Assembly: GCA_951406725.2 (NCBI GenBank)
Contig: OX597838.1
Span: forward strand, 20,026,001-20,090,000
Origin: Octopus vulgaris
Taxonomy: Eukaryota
DNA length: 64,000 nt
Direction: 5' to 3'
Shown in pieces: positions 38,601-49,584 of the stretch; the stretch's first letter is position 1; the number at the start of each line of letters is the position of its first letter. A program made the position numbers and the translations under genes. Below the pieces are notes generated by a model. That model did no database searches and was not told the DNA's origin. It worked only from the letters and a program-made list of their open reading frames with translations.

Positions 38601-41167
38601 GGCTCTTTGGGTCAATTTCAAGCAAATTGTCTGAAACATAAAAATAGACCAACTTGTACCTGGCTGTATGTGAATATGTGTAAGTGTATGCATGTAAATG
38701 TATACATATATACACACTCACATCTGGGTGTTCAAACAAGAGAAAAAAATACTTGATATACATAACAGACTTTCTTCCTTCAAACAAATAAATCATATAC
38801 ATAAAACAAAACAAGTATAAATACAAAGATGCAAACAAGAATAAAAGCTTAAAGATTTTATTTTGAGAACTTTATGTTCATTCAATAATAAATCTCTGAG
38901 CAAGTTATAAACAGCAGCTGCAACACATTGTGAAGTACTTTTGCCACTTAAATGTGGCTAACCCCTAAGGGTGGATGCAAGCTACAGTAACATCCACCCT
39001 TAGGGGTTAGCCAGATTTAAGTGGCAAAAATACTTCACTATGTTCATTCAGTTCTCGATCTATTAAGCCACATTGCCTTTAGCATTCAGAGCACACTGAA
39101 TTTACAAATTTTGACTCCAGGGATACCAACTGAGACCATTCTTCCATGTAACAGATTAAGCTGGCATCACAACTGTGGCAAGCAACTGGTGCTCATGGAA
39201 GATTTTGTACAAATTGCCAGAGTAATTCCTTTCATGCTGATTCACCTGAGACCAGTTCTGGTTCTACAATGCAAATCCTCACTTTTCTAAATCAGTCGTA
39301 TTTAAATTTTAATCTTCTAACATGTAAGAATCTTTTGTTTAACAATGCACTGGGGTCAATATAATCAACTTACTCTCTCCCCGAAATTGCTGGCTTTGTG
39401 CCAAAATATGAAAACAATACATGTGCCAAACATTTGTTTAATCCTTTCAATACTGTATTTATTTTGAGATGCTCAGTGTTTCTTTCAATTAATTTTTTAA
39501 ATATAACAAAGAATTTAGTAAAATAACTTAGTTATCATTAAGCTAGTGTTAGGAACATAAATTGTGACTAAGGTTTGGTGGAAGATTTTAATTCAAAACT
39601 TATGAAAACAAGACATTTGTACTCAGAGCCAAAGCCTGTTTCAGCCGGGTTCGTAACGAAAGGGTTAATAATAGTTATTTTACTACCTTCTTTATTATTT
39701 CTGAAAATCAACTGAAAAAGGTGTTTTTTGAGAAAAATATAGCAACAAAAGAGTTAATGATGAGCAAGCCAATTATTAAAAAAAAATGTTTTAATGAATC
39801 AGATACAGCAACGAATCAATGCTTTGTGAGGTGAGTGACTCATTTAAAGCTGTTACAAAATCACATGATCAAGTATTTCATGCTCCTTACACATTACTTT
39901 ATGTTTGCTGTCGAAGCACAAAGAGACAGAATCCCTTTGTTGGCAACAACTCTTTAAATTGTTACTATATTGTTTAATTTAGCTACTATACTGCTACTAC
40001 AACTGACTCTAATACTAATTAGTCAGTTAGGTAACCTAGCTACTGACTATGTGATCAAAACTACTGTTTCCAGTACTGATTAAGTAACCTGGGTAACAGA
40101 ACAAAGAATTATGGAGCCAAAGAGAGTCTAGATAGTAGCTTGACCTACTAGAGATAGCAATGAAATTTGTTTCATGCCAGAGCTGAACTTATATGAAAAT
40201 GCAAACAAGGATGGGCATTTTGGACAAAATAGTCAAGTTAAACTATATCTGAAAAGATAGTATGGCTACAACTAGATCATAAGTTTTCTCCAATCAAGGA
40301 TTAAACAACAACACAAAAATCATTCATTCATTTTATGACTGGTTTTCCATTTGAGCATGGGGTAGAGAGGAAGTTATTTGGAGCAGAATTTTACAGCTGG
40401 GTGCTCTTCCTGTTGCCAACCCTTACTTGTTTTACAGATAAGGGATGTTTCGTATTCACAAGCAAATTAGTCATGTCAACAACAAGGATTGTAAACAGGC
40501 GTGGCTGTGTGATAAGAAGCTTGCTTCTCAACCACAGGGTTCTGGGTTCAGTCCCACTGCATGGCACCTTGGGCTAGTGTGTTCTCCCACAGCCTTTGGT
40601 CAATCAAAGCTTTGAGAGTGGATTTGGTACAAGGAAACTGAATGAAGCCTATCGTGTGTGTGTATGTGTCCTTGTGCCTGTGTTTCTCCCTATCACTGCT
40701 TGACAACTGGTGTTGGTGTGTTTATGTCCCCATAATTTAGCAATTTGGAAAAAGAGACCAATAGAGTAAGTACAAGGCTTAAAAAAAGTTGGTTAAGAAA
40801 TCCTTCAAGGTGATGCCCCAGCATGGCCACAGTCTAATGACTGAAACAAGTAAAAGATCATATCACTGTTTTGCTTAGGCAATGACAAGCCATAAGATGT
40901 GAATATTGATGCATACACACAAACAAACATATAATGGGCTTCCATGCAGTTTCCACACAAATTCACTCATAGAGTATTGGTTAACTTAAGATGCCTTACA
41001 TTGAGGCTGAACCTTAAACCACATGATTGCAAACCAAACCTCTTAACCACACAACCATGCCTTTGCCCTTGATCATAATAATGACTGCTGCCACATTGTG
41101 TCAGAATATACCAAAATATTAAACTAGTTTTCAGATTCTAAACTCAGCAACTGTAGTTGCAATTTTA

Positions 41168-41206
<39 letters not shown>

Positions 41207-42509
41207 GAAAAGAATGCAACAGATTAAAAATTTCAGATTTTATCTTGTAAACTTACATATTTTGCCAACTTTAAAACTTTAATCAGAACAAATTATTTAT
41301 AAATATATGCATAACATTTTAAAGAATTTTTGAAATTAAACACACACAGTAACTAGAATTCCATAAAATGAATACAGAAAGTAAAGGTAGAATATTGGTT
41401 TCAAATTTTGGCACAGGGCCAGCTTTTTCAGGGAAGGGATTAGACAGCTATTTCGGGAGGGATGGGGGAGCTATCCAGCTATTTTGAGGGAGGGGGCTAT
41501 CCAGCTATTTCAGGGGAGGGGCTATCCAGCTATTTCGAGGGAGGGGCTAAGTTGATCACATCAACCCCAGTGATCAACAGGTACTTATTTCTTCAACCTT
41601 GAAAGGATGAAAGGCAAAGTCAACCTTGGTTGAATTTGAACACAAAATGTAAAGACAGACGAAATACTACTATGCATTTTGCCCAGTGTGCTAACAATTC
41701 TGCCAGCTCGCTGCCTCGTAAAAGTAGGATATTAATAATATAAATAAATGCTATTTGCATATGTGTGTATTTATCAATCTCACTGTATTTACTAGACTGT
41801 CAGGTATTGTTATACATTGTTAGTCACAATACATGGCCTTTCATTGTCACAGATTTCAAATGATGCCACTTTGCTGGCCAATGTTCCCACTGAATGGAAT
41901 GCTAGTCCATCACGGCATTGCCCATTTATGCCAGAGTAAACTAGAGCAATGTGAAATTATATGTTTTACTCAAAAACACAATGCACCACTGGTCTGGGGA
42001 TTGGAACCACAATCTTGCAATCAATATGTGTAACACCCTAACCACTATGCCATCTGCCTTCAAACACACACACACACACACAGCTGTGTGATAATGAAGT
42101 TCACTTCATAACAATGTGGTTTCAAGTTTTATCCCATGCATGGCACTTTGAGCAAATACCTTCAACTATAGTCTTCGAAAGAGCAATGCCTTGTAGGGAA
42201 ATTGGTAAATGGAAACTGTACAGAAGCCTACTGAATGTGTGTGTGTGCGTGTGTTTGAACGTTTATTTCCATGTGTCTTTGCAATTTATTGTTCATGTTA
42301 TATGAACATCTGTAAACAATATACCATTGGGCAGTTTTGGCATGTGAGGTTCATGCTGAGACAGAGGTGGGGAGAGAGCATGTAAAAACGAAATTAAGAA
42401 TGAAACAAGGCACACAAAAATAATTAAACAAAATCTTTGTATGTTTACCTTTTGTAGCTTGACGTTTTAACTTTGGTATGTTAAAATTAAAGGTCTGTGA
42501 GGTTTCCAT
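13819..42509 (-). CDS. DUF3715 (pseudo-PARP) domain protein of the TEX15/TASOR family; 11 coding exons, 10512 nt, ~3503 aa
   Basis: Exons 42509-42449, 38630-38480, 36202-36054, 34677-34574, 33741-33604, 31619-30078, 28257-28039, 27201-26437, 24872-17664, 16132-16054 and 13913-13819 all have GT-AG ends and compatible phases. The N-terminus shows the DUF3715 motifs in order: FNIPK, SYLD, NTELE, KRTELKEEGRHNREL, GVYLSKHAD, PTPNYDCHV, YLYEYD, RPRHCLPYAVITY. Confidence 0.9.
14385..14590 (-). mobile_element. Dispersed ~200 bp repeat with a decayed hammerhead-like core (Penelope LTR or retrozyme-like)
   Basis: Homologous to 59865-60053; adjoins (TA)n. Confidence 0.55.
15419..15580 (+). mobile_element. 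SINE family A, 5' half
   Basis: TGGCTGTGTGGTAAG...GGTTCAGTCCC...GAAAGAAGCCC followed by (TG)n. Confidence 0.8.
16054..16132 (-). CDS. DUF3715 gene coding exon 10 (predicted)
   Basis: 79 nt, phase 0-1; pyrimidine tract plus AAG acceptor, CAG/GTTTGT donor; ENKDCNALPPPPLVPNSQLSMGMTSS. Confidence 0.65.
16333..16452. repeat. Inverted repeat, 45 bp arms (2 mismatches), 30 bp spacer
   Basis: 16333-16377 is the reverse complement of 16408-16452. Confidence 0.92.
17259..17530. repeat. Compound (TA/CA)n microsatellite
   Basis: Alternating purine-pyrimidine tract of TACA/CACA/TATA units. Confidence 0.9.
17664..24872 (-). CDS. DUF3715 gene coding exon 9 (giant 7209 nt exon)
   Basis: Uninterrupted 2403-codon frame (ORF 17259..24860); poly-T plus TAG acceptor at 24875-24873; donor GTAAGC after STVKNIL. 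Confidence 0.93.
24955..25320 (+). mobile_element. RTE-type LINE 3' remnant (ORF end plus UTR)
   Basis: GWYG...EDSCVKKCWSLTVEG...GRGRPR-like peptide, followed by a diverged copy of the tail family seen at 106-361. Confidence 0.65.
25796..26275. mobile_element. Non-autonomous TIR element with (TTAGGG)-like interior and tandemly amplified right end
   Basis: 25797-25822 versus reverse complement of 26249-26274 match at 23/26; degenerate GGTTAG hexamers at 25865-25995. Confidence 0.65.
26003..26269. repeat. 31 bp minisatellite, ~8.6 copies
   Basis: Unit TAGAC(G/C)GTATGCTAAAGTGTCAATAGCCAGG starting at 26003, 26034, ... 26251. Confidence 0.95.
26437..27201 (-). CDS. DUF3715 gene coding exon 8
   Basis: 765 nt, phase 0-0; ETALQSETLSKLLNTV...QPVVALNDCIKQ; basic NLS-like clusters (RKKKK, RRRRKRQK); donor GTGAGT. 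Confidence 0.9.
28039..28257 (-). CDS. DUF3715 gene coding exon 7
   Basis: 219 nt, phase 0-0; KPSLNKMSMEDLKKLKDVV...ADQTE; donor GTAAGT. Confidence 0.85.
29199..29622 (+). mobile_element. SINE family A head joined directly to the (GAT)n-tailed retroposon end
   Basis: Head/CORE at 29199-29366, then GCCAGTGGCATGTAAAAAAGCAC...GATGATGAT. Confidence 0.7.
30078..31619 (-). CDS. DUF3715 gene coding exon 6 (end of DUF3715, then low-complexity region)
   Basis: 1542 nt inside ORF 30072..31892; CAG acceptor at 31622-31620; begins IYLYEYDDEGMPAPRPRHCLPYAVITY; donor GTATGA after ESTK. Confidence 0.92.
31722..32133 (-). mobile_element. SINE family A, full length
   Basis: Near-identical to other copies; possible AATGTA target duplication (31716-31721, 32135-32140). 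Confidence 0.9.
33604..33741 (-). CDS. DUF3715 gene coding exon 5
   Basis: 138 nt, phase 0-0; VLTGKCKPVNERLMSSIEPTPNYDCHVGLQPPQLSDIHIIQMQRSQ. Confidence 0.92.
34149..34381 (+). mobile_element. SINE family B, full length with target-site duplication
   Basis: GGCGGCGAGCTGGCAGAAACG head, GAGTTCAAATTCC B box; ACAAAATAAG at 34136-34145 and 34382-34391. Confidence 0.88.
34574..34677 (-). CDS. DUF3715 gene coding exon 4
   Basis: 104 nt, phase 1-0; (G)DHNSGVYLSKHADVSLQTVETISNQLTTALFVFN; donor GTAAGT. Confidence 0.92.
35142..35395 (+). mobile_element. SINE family C, full length with 15 bp target-site duplication
   Basis: TGGCTTAGTGG A box, GGTTTCGATTCC B box, V-domain-like GCAATGGACTGGCACCCCGTCCAGG; TATATATAACAAATG at 35124-35138 and 35396-35410. 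Confidence 0.88.
36054..36202 (-). CDS. DUF3715 gene coding exon 3
   Basis: 149 nt, phase 2-1; SKRTELKEEGRHNRELSDQIAFYAIRDPSYVPKIAKNGLTTNNLPFSII; donor GTAAGT. Confidence 0.92.
36560..37764 (+). mobile_element. Internally deleted piggyBac element carrying a family A SINE (36690-37054, -)
   Basis: TTAA at both ends with degenerate CCC/GGG termini; peptide PPCFPFTRNLGISI...LDFFSIFCDEKIIDQVVHIT (37250-37385) resembles the N-terminal region of piggyBac transposases. Confidence 0.6.
37770..37910. repeat. Degenerate short-unit (~15-20 bp) tandem repeat
   Basis: Recurring TGTCTG..AAACACAT-like unit. Confidence 0.5.
38480..38630 (-). CDS. DUF3715 gene coding exon 2
   Basis: 151 nt, phase 1-2; NLLEIDPKSRDAKEILANVTRSYLDQNYCGPWQIQAIHSVRNTELEQDY. 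Confidence 0.9.
38930..39038. repeat. Inverted repeat, 48 bp arms (2 mismatches), 13 bp loop
   Basis: 38930-38977 is the reverse complement of 38991-39038. Confidence 0.93.
40498..40858 (+). mobile_element. SINE family A, diverged copy
   Basis: Head, CORE and GACTGAAACAAGTAAAAGA tail are recognisable; another deleted copy at 49190-49445. Confidence 0.8.
41397..41716 (-). mobile_element. SINE family B with an internal ~26 bp G-rich tandem expansion (41445-41550)
   Basis: Four CAGCTATTT..GGG.GGGGCTA-type units inside the tail region. Confidence 0.75.
42449..42509 (-). CDS. DUF3715 gene coding exon 1 (start codon)
   Basis: METSQTFNFNIPKLKRQATK plus 1 nt; in-frame TAA just upstream of the ATG; acceptor AG at 42524-42523 implies an upstream non-coding exon; donor GTAAAC. 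FxIPK/R motif is typical of the DUF3715 N-terminus. Confidence 0.82.
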
Positions 42510-43413
42510 TTTACAAAATTATCTACAAAATAAAAAAAAGCATGTTAAGAACATTTCAGAACACTAAGATGTTTGGCAATTTGCTGTACTCAAAATCATC
42601 ACAGTAAAAAAAAAAAAGGCCCTAAAAACACTTTGTTTCTGCTGGGCCCTACACCTGCACTCATTCTACCCTTTCAAGCATCTCCCATTTCCCCTAACAC
42701 CCATCCCATCTTAGCATGTATCACCCTCCCCCCATTCTTTGTGAACCTATTCCATCCCTCATTCTCATTTCACCCCCAGACTATTTTCAAGGCTCATCTT
42801 TCTATGTCTCTAGCTATTTCTCCTTCTCTACTATACTTCCCCCTAACACAGCTCATATCTGCTATTCTTCTCAATGTCCTCTTGTATCTACCACCACACC
42901 CTACTCACTATAGCCACCCTTAACTACTACTCCTACACCATGCTCATCACCCTCTACTTCCTTATCATCCCAGGTCCACTTCTATCAATCTCATCTTACC
43001 CTCTCTCTTCACCCCACCACCACCTTACTGATATTTCCCATTAAGCCACAACTCTACTTCTGTTAGGCACTCACTATGTTCACCTTCACCTCCACCCCTA
43101 TCTTTAACCATTTGTCACTCTCCCCTTGCAATCTTATAACCACCCCTCCCTTCCCTATCCACAGTCCACAACCTCCCTTATGCTCACCTCCTTGTTACTG
43201 GAGGGTTTGCTCTGGCACCCCCAATGCTGCCAACTTATCTTCTTTCCACCTACCTTTAGACACTTGTGCTTTTCCTTCAATCACACTTTAGCCTTTTAAC
43301 ATTCAAATTACTCCATCAAATGAAATGCTTATTTATTCACATTGTTTTCAATTAATTATGTATTATCTCATAGCTTTGAGATTTCAATAATGTGAATGCA
43401 TATATTTAGAATG

Positions 43414-43726
43414 GAGGCGCAATGGCCCAGAGGTTAGGGCAGCGAACTCGCAGTCGGAGAATCGTGGTTTCGATTCCCAGACCGGGCATTATGTGTGTTT
43501 ATTGAGCGAAAACACCTAAAAGCTCCATGAGGCTCCAGCATGGGGTGGTGGTGACCCCTGTTGTACTCTTTTGCCACAACCTTCTCTCACTCTCTCTTCC
43601 TGTTTCTTGAGTAACGCTGCGATGGACTGGTGTCCCATCCAGCTGAGGGGGGGGGGACACATACACCACAGAAACCAGGAAACTGGTCCCATGACTAGGC
43701 TTGAAAAGGGCGGAAAAAAAAAAAAG
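43414..43726 (+). mobile_element. SINE family C nested in a P2 MITE, with A-tail and 14 bp target-site duplication
   Basis: ATATATTTAGAATG at 43400-43413 and 43727-43740; the MITE sequence resumes on both sides. Confidence 0.88.
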
Positions 43727-46725
43727 ATATATTTAGAATGACATTACAGGGTAGGTGTGAGAGGCTAGATCTGACTAGTTTGAACATGAAACAAGTAGAA
43801 TATTTTGACTGGATATGGCCAGTTTAAATGCTAATAGGTTAACCTCCCAAGAGCTGTCACAAAGCTACCTCTCTCCCTCTCAAATACTGCCCCACTTAAT
43901 TAACTCATTAGCATTTGTCCGGCCTAAATATTTAATCTGTTTTATGATCACACTGGCTAGATCCAGCCTCTTGCACCTGGTTGGCAATGTCATTCTAAAA
44001 ATAAACAATTACATCATTGAAATCTCAAAGCTATGAGACAACATGCGATATCTTTAAAAGAATCCAAATTAATAAGCATTACAGTCGACATTTCAGAAGG
44101 CTGCATGTTTCCAATCTCTACCTTCGACCATAGATCTATTTGATCAGTTTTGACTTGGTAGTTAAACACCAACTATTCTTATGAATACAAGCAAATAAGG
44201 GAGGCCTGAATGCTATCATTCAACTGGTTAGAATAAGCAATTTAATTTCCCTTCATTCATAACCTATTGTCTTCAAAAATGGAAAACTCTGAAGAATGTG
44301 GTATATACATTCCCTTAACAAAAACAAAAAGAAAAAAGACAGGACAGTTATGGTTGGAACATAGTTGATTGTAAGTCTGGTGAGGAACTAAATAACAACA
44401 ATAAAACTCATATTAAAGCATAGTTTCTTGGTCTGTGAGAATAGCAGTCAAATCACCCTCAAATCACATTCTATCATGTTAAAATGGGAAGAGCATGTCA
44501 GATAAAATTAGTCCTAGATGTCATAGACTTGTGAATGCTTCTGTCGTAGACAACAGATGAAGATTCTGTCGTTTCTTGCTGAACAAGCGGCAGAGATGAT
44601 TTGTTTATCGTGATCTAATATTTGTGCTAGCTTGAAATTAAGACATCAAGGCTAGAATGCCTTTATTCGTAAGTCTGCTAGATCAGAGATGACAGAGCTA
44701 CACAACAACTGCCGCAATCCTATAAAGTCTAAAGTGGAAAAGTGGATGTAAATAATAATAAATATAAATGAATAAATAAAATGCTAAAGTATTTCATAAT
44801 TGAGAGGCTGGTCATATGAAGGACAATCCTTCATTGTAAACATTCATTCCTGCAATATGCTAGCACCATCTGAAATCTGAAATAACAACAGAGCTCCTTT
44901 GTGGTCTCTCAACTTGCAGGAAACAGCATCCAAATGTGACTCATACGATATCAAGGCACCTAAGACCACCCCTGAGTCTATGATACAAACTTCTTGTTCC
45001 AAAGTGACCTAAATTAAAACCACCCCGTCAAAATTTCATATTAATTTATGCCCCAAACACCAGCTTTAATGATGGTAAAGTTATTTCACTAAACTCTCCA
45101 TTATTTTCAAACTTATAACACAGCTAAGATATATCATATGGAAGAAAGAAAAAAAGAGAAAAGAAAAAAAGAAAAAAAAACACATTTAAGCAAAGATTTA
45201 CTCACAAAGGGCTGACCTGGAGTTAAACAGCAACAGCAACCTCTGAAATTCTTGCCAATTAGAAGGCTTGTCAACCCATTGGGCATGGACTAAACCCTGT
45301 GTCCTGTTGTGTCAATCCTTATAAAATACAGTGTTCTGTCTCATTTTAGTCTAGATACATACTGAAGACTATAGACAGCCAAGATCTTCACTGGCAACTC
45401 AAATGATTGATTCAATGACTTACAGGATTATTGTTTAATCCTAAATGAGGTCCGATTCAGCAGATCTTTGACCAAGAGTATTCCTGCTTTGATCATCCTG
45501 TCTTTTTAAGAAGCATCTAATCTATCTTATTCCTATCTTTTCCTAATGCTGGTAGGATGTGATTTGAAGGATGTTTGCCAACTATCTTGATCAGGTCAAA
45601 TGAGTAATTATTTAGAAGCTTCTTTGTTATGTTGAGAAGGTTACAGAATATTACTACATAGATGGTGTCTTTCAAGTTGATAACAGTCAATATGATGAAT
45701 TTATAATAGCTGGCGTCAATGGTAAAATCTACTCTAAACAATTGCATATCCAAACATAGATAAAAAATATATGCATAAATAAATTTATGCATCAACTTGT
45801 CTAGACCAGGTTTACATGCAATATGAGCTAAAATGCAAAATCCTTGACTTAATAGGTTTGTTAGTATGGATACAAAAAGCTGCAATAGAATATTTAAAAT
45901 TTAATCAGTCACTCTAATTAAAAAGAGTATTGCAACAGAAAAGTTATCTTAATGAAGTGAGGTTATTAAGTTTGGTGAATAAAAAAGTTCAGAATATGTG
46001 ATGTAGTTCAACTAAAAACATGTCTAATATACAAAGGCTAACTGTTCCCTGAGTATCAATGTGTGTAAAATAAAAATTTTTTTAATTCTTCAGAGTAAAA
46101 TTTTACTAATTAAGAACACATAAAAATATCACTGAGTCAACCAGACTATTGGATGTTTTAATACACCTCTGGTTTTAATACACACTTTCTCACACTGTTA
46201 TAGCTTTCGAATGATGCCACCCAGCTGGATGGATGGACAGGTCATCATCCACCCTGAACAGAACACCAGTCTGTTGCAAGGTTGCCCATTTGCAGTTGAG
46301 TGGACTGGAGCAACATGAAACAAAGTGTTTTGCTCAAGAACACAATGCACTGAACGTCTGGGAATTGAAACCATGATCTTGTGATCTCAAGTGCAACATC
46401 CTAACCACTAGATCATGCATCTTGACAGATGAAGATATACAGAACACTAACTGCTGATTGGTTGGTGTATTGAGATTTCACCTGTGGTATAAAGCAAAGT
46501 GCATGAAATCATGTGGTGGTCAATTTGTTACAAGGAGGAATAAATTCCATCTTTTGCATGAGATAGTCCAAGATGGCCCTCATTGCTTTGATGGATGAAT
46601 ATGGATCCTTATATAAATATATCTCAACCAAAACAAAGTACATGTTCAAATCATGCAAGCCAGTCAATGTATCATCTCAGCTTAGACTTCTTGACCATTG
46701 GACATTATGTCAGCCCCACTGCCAC

Positions 46726-47192
46726 CCACTGGTTTCCCTTCATGGCAGAATTAATAGTCAAGACTATTTTATCTCATCAAATTCATCCTATGTTTGTGAA
46801 ACTGTTCCCGGAGGGAAATGCAATCTTTCAGGATGATAATGTGCCAATTCTCACAGCTAAAGTTGTTTGTTACTGAATGGCACGAGGAACATTCTAGTGA
46901 AGTTGAACATCTTATCTGGCCACCACAGTCCCCAGATCTCAATATTATTGAACATTTATGGTGCATATTAGAAAAACAAGTAAGGAGTTGATATCCTCCA
47001 CCATCATCACTACAAAAAGTGGAGACTGTTTTAGCTGAAGAATGGACAAAAATTCCTTTGGAAACAATTCAAGCTTTGTACGAGTCCATACCTCATAGAA
47101 TTCAAGCTGTAATTACTACCAAAGATGGTCCTACCCCATATTAAATTTGTTTGAGATTTTAAGGTGTTTCCATTATTTTGTCCAACCCCTGT
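46726..47192 (+). mobile_element. Tc1-like transposase 3' remnant with right terminus
   Basis: AIFQDDNVPILTAK...WPPQSPDLNIIEHLW...IPHRIQAVITTKDGPTPY then stop at 47142-47144; frameshifts and an internal stop; ends CCATTATTTTGTCCAACCCCTGTG next to (TA)n. Confidence 0.9.
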
Positions 47193-47195
47193 GTG

Positions 47196-47229
<34 letters not shown>

Positions 47230-47614
47230 TGCGTGTATGTATGTGTGTGTGTGTTTTATATGTGGCCTTGGCTTGACATCATGTGTTGGTTGCAAATGAG
47301 CACCTGTTTTGCAAGTAATAGTTTGATTCCAGTCCTTTATGTGAAAAAAGAAAATTAAAATAACTGGTCGTGGGAAAATATTACCTAGCTTGGGAACTCT
47401 AATGAATGATACAACTAAATGCACCATAAAACAATTTTGTCTGGAACGCTAGTAATTGTACTATCCACTGCATTAACATTTGAAACAAAGAGCAGCAATG
47501 GTTTTGTGTCATTGAAATAATAGATGAAATAAGTAGCAGGAAGGAGAACAAATGCACTCACTGACACATACTCAACCCACAAACAATAGCAGCAAGAAAT
47601 TTTGTACACACCCC

Positions 47615-47870
47615 CACTGGATATCTAAGCACCAATACCACCTATGAAAAAAACAACATCACACATGCTTGATGTCCACACACCAATATCAACTATACTT
47701 GATATCCAACCAGCAATACCATTCGTATGGATATCAAAACAGCAATATCACACATTCACAATATCCAGTCGTTAACATGACCAATATATGATATCCAGGC
47801 AGCAACACCACTCATACTGGATGTCAGAAAAGCAATACTATTCATACTTGATATCCAAAATGCAACAGTA
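47615..47870. repeat. Degenerate 30 bp minisatellite
   Basis: GATATCC-like anchor at ~47671, 47701, 47730, 47760, 47790, 47820, 47850. Confidence 0.7.
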
Positions 47871-48029
47871 ACAAAAGTGAGCGTTTCACAGCACTATCAC
47901 CTCCCTTCATATTTGATTATCAAGTTTTTTATCCAGCAAGGTCTACGAAAGTTAAAAAAGAGTTTTGGAAATTTTACAGAAATTATATTTGTGGTTGGTA
48001 CGAGAAAGAGCATTCAGCCATAGAAATTA

Positions 48030-48868
48030 TTTTCTACTCTAGGCAGAAGGCCCAAAATTTTGGGGGAAGTGTGTGTGGAGGGGGGGCAGTTGATTAGATT
48101 GACTCCAGTGTGCAACTGGTACTTAATTTATCAACCCTGAAAGGATGAAAAGCAAAGTCAACCTTGGCGGAATTTGAACTCAGAGCGTAAAGACAGACGA
48201 AATACTGCTAAGCATTTCATCCAGCGTGTTAACGTTTCTGCCAGCTCACTGCCTTAGAAATTGAACCCAAAAATGAAACATTTGCATGATATGCAGTTTT
48301 CTGACCTGTCTTGGTGAGCAGTACCTACTGAAAATGGGTTGATTCCAACCATGGCCACTTGGTCAAGGCATACCAGCATGGCAAGCAGACATAAACAATA
48401 ATTCTTTCTACTTTGGGCTCAGGGCCTGAAATTTTGTAGGGAAGAAGCTAGTTCATTTACATTGACCCCAGTGCTTCACTGGGACTTATTTCATTGACCC
48501 TGAAAGAATGAAGAACAAAGCTGACCTCAGTGGCATTTGAATTCCAAACGCCAAGCACAAAGAAATGTTGCTAAGCGTTTTGTCCAGCATGGTAACGGTT
48601 CTGACAGCTTGCCACCTTGGCCACAAATAATGATAATGATGATTATCATCATTGTTTAATGTCTGCCTTCCATTGGTTTCAAATTTTGACACGAAGCCAG
48701 CAATTTTGGAGGATGGGGTAAATCAATTACATTGACCTCAATACTCAACTGGTACTTATTTTACTGACCCTGAAAGGATGAATGGCAAAAATAACCCCTG
48801 GCTGAATTAGAACTCAGAATGTAAAGATGGACAAAATGCCACAAAACATTTTGCCAGCTCGCTGCTTT
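48030..48868 (-). mobile_element. Three family B SINE copies in the same orientation
   Basis: Copies at ~48030-48256, 48400-48620 and 48674-48868. Confidence 0.75.
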
Positions 48869-49533
48869 GGATGTAAACAATGATAAAGATATTGCTAGGA
48901 ACATGACACAAATTCAAGGACTCAATCTCCAATGATGTGATAGTGCTTAATTATTATCAAAATCTTCACTAATAACAAATAATTGAGCAAGAAGTAAAGA
49001 TAATAGACAAATTATCATCATTTGCTAAGTAATTAATATTAGGCTAGGTTATTATAATGACAGTTGGCCAATATATATATACAGCCGCATAAGAGACTAA
49101 ACCTAATGCTGGTGGCTATGTCCACATGACTACCATCATTTACAAAGTAGTTAATGATAGGGGTGTTTTAATGACAGATGATGAATATAGGCACAGTCAC
49201 GGCTGTGTGGGTAAGAAGCTTGACACCCAACCATATGGCCTTGGGTTCAGTCCTATAAACATTTGACAACCGATGTTGGTATGTTTATGTCCCTGTAACT
49301 TAGTGTTTCAGCAAAAGAGACTGACAGAATAAGTACCAGGCTTTAAAAAAATGAAAGTACTGGGGTTGATTTATTCAACTAAAATTCCTCAAGGTGGTGC
49401 CCCAGCATGGCAACAATCCAATGACTGAAACAGGTAAAAGATAAAAAGCGATTTTATTTGCAGACTTGAAATTTTGTCAGCAGCTGTATAAATACCAAGG
49501 ATTCACTATTATGAATTTTTAATTAAGTTATGG

Positions 49534-49584
<51 letters not shown>

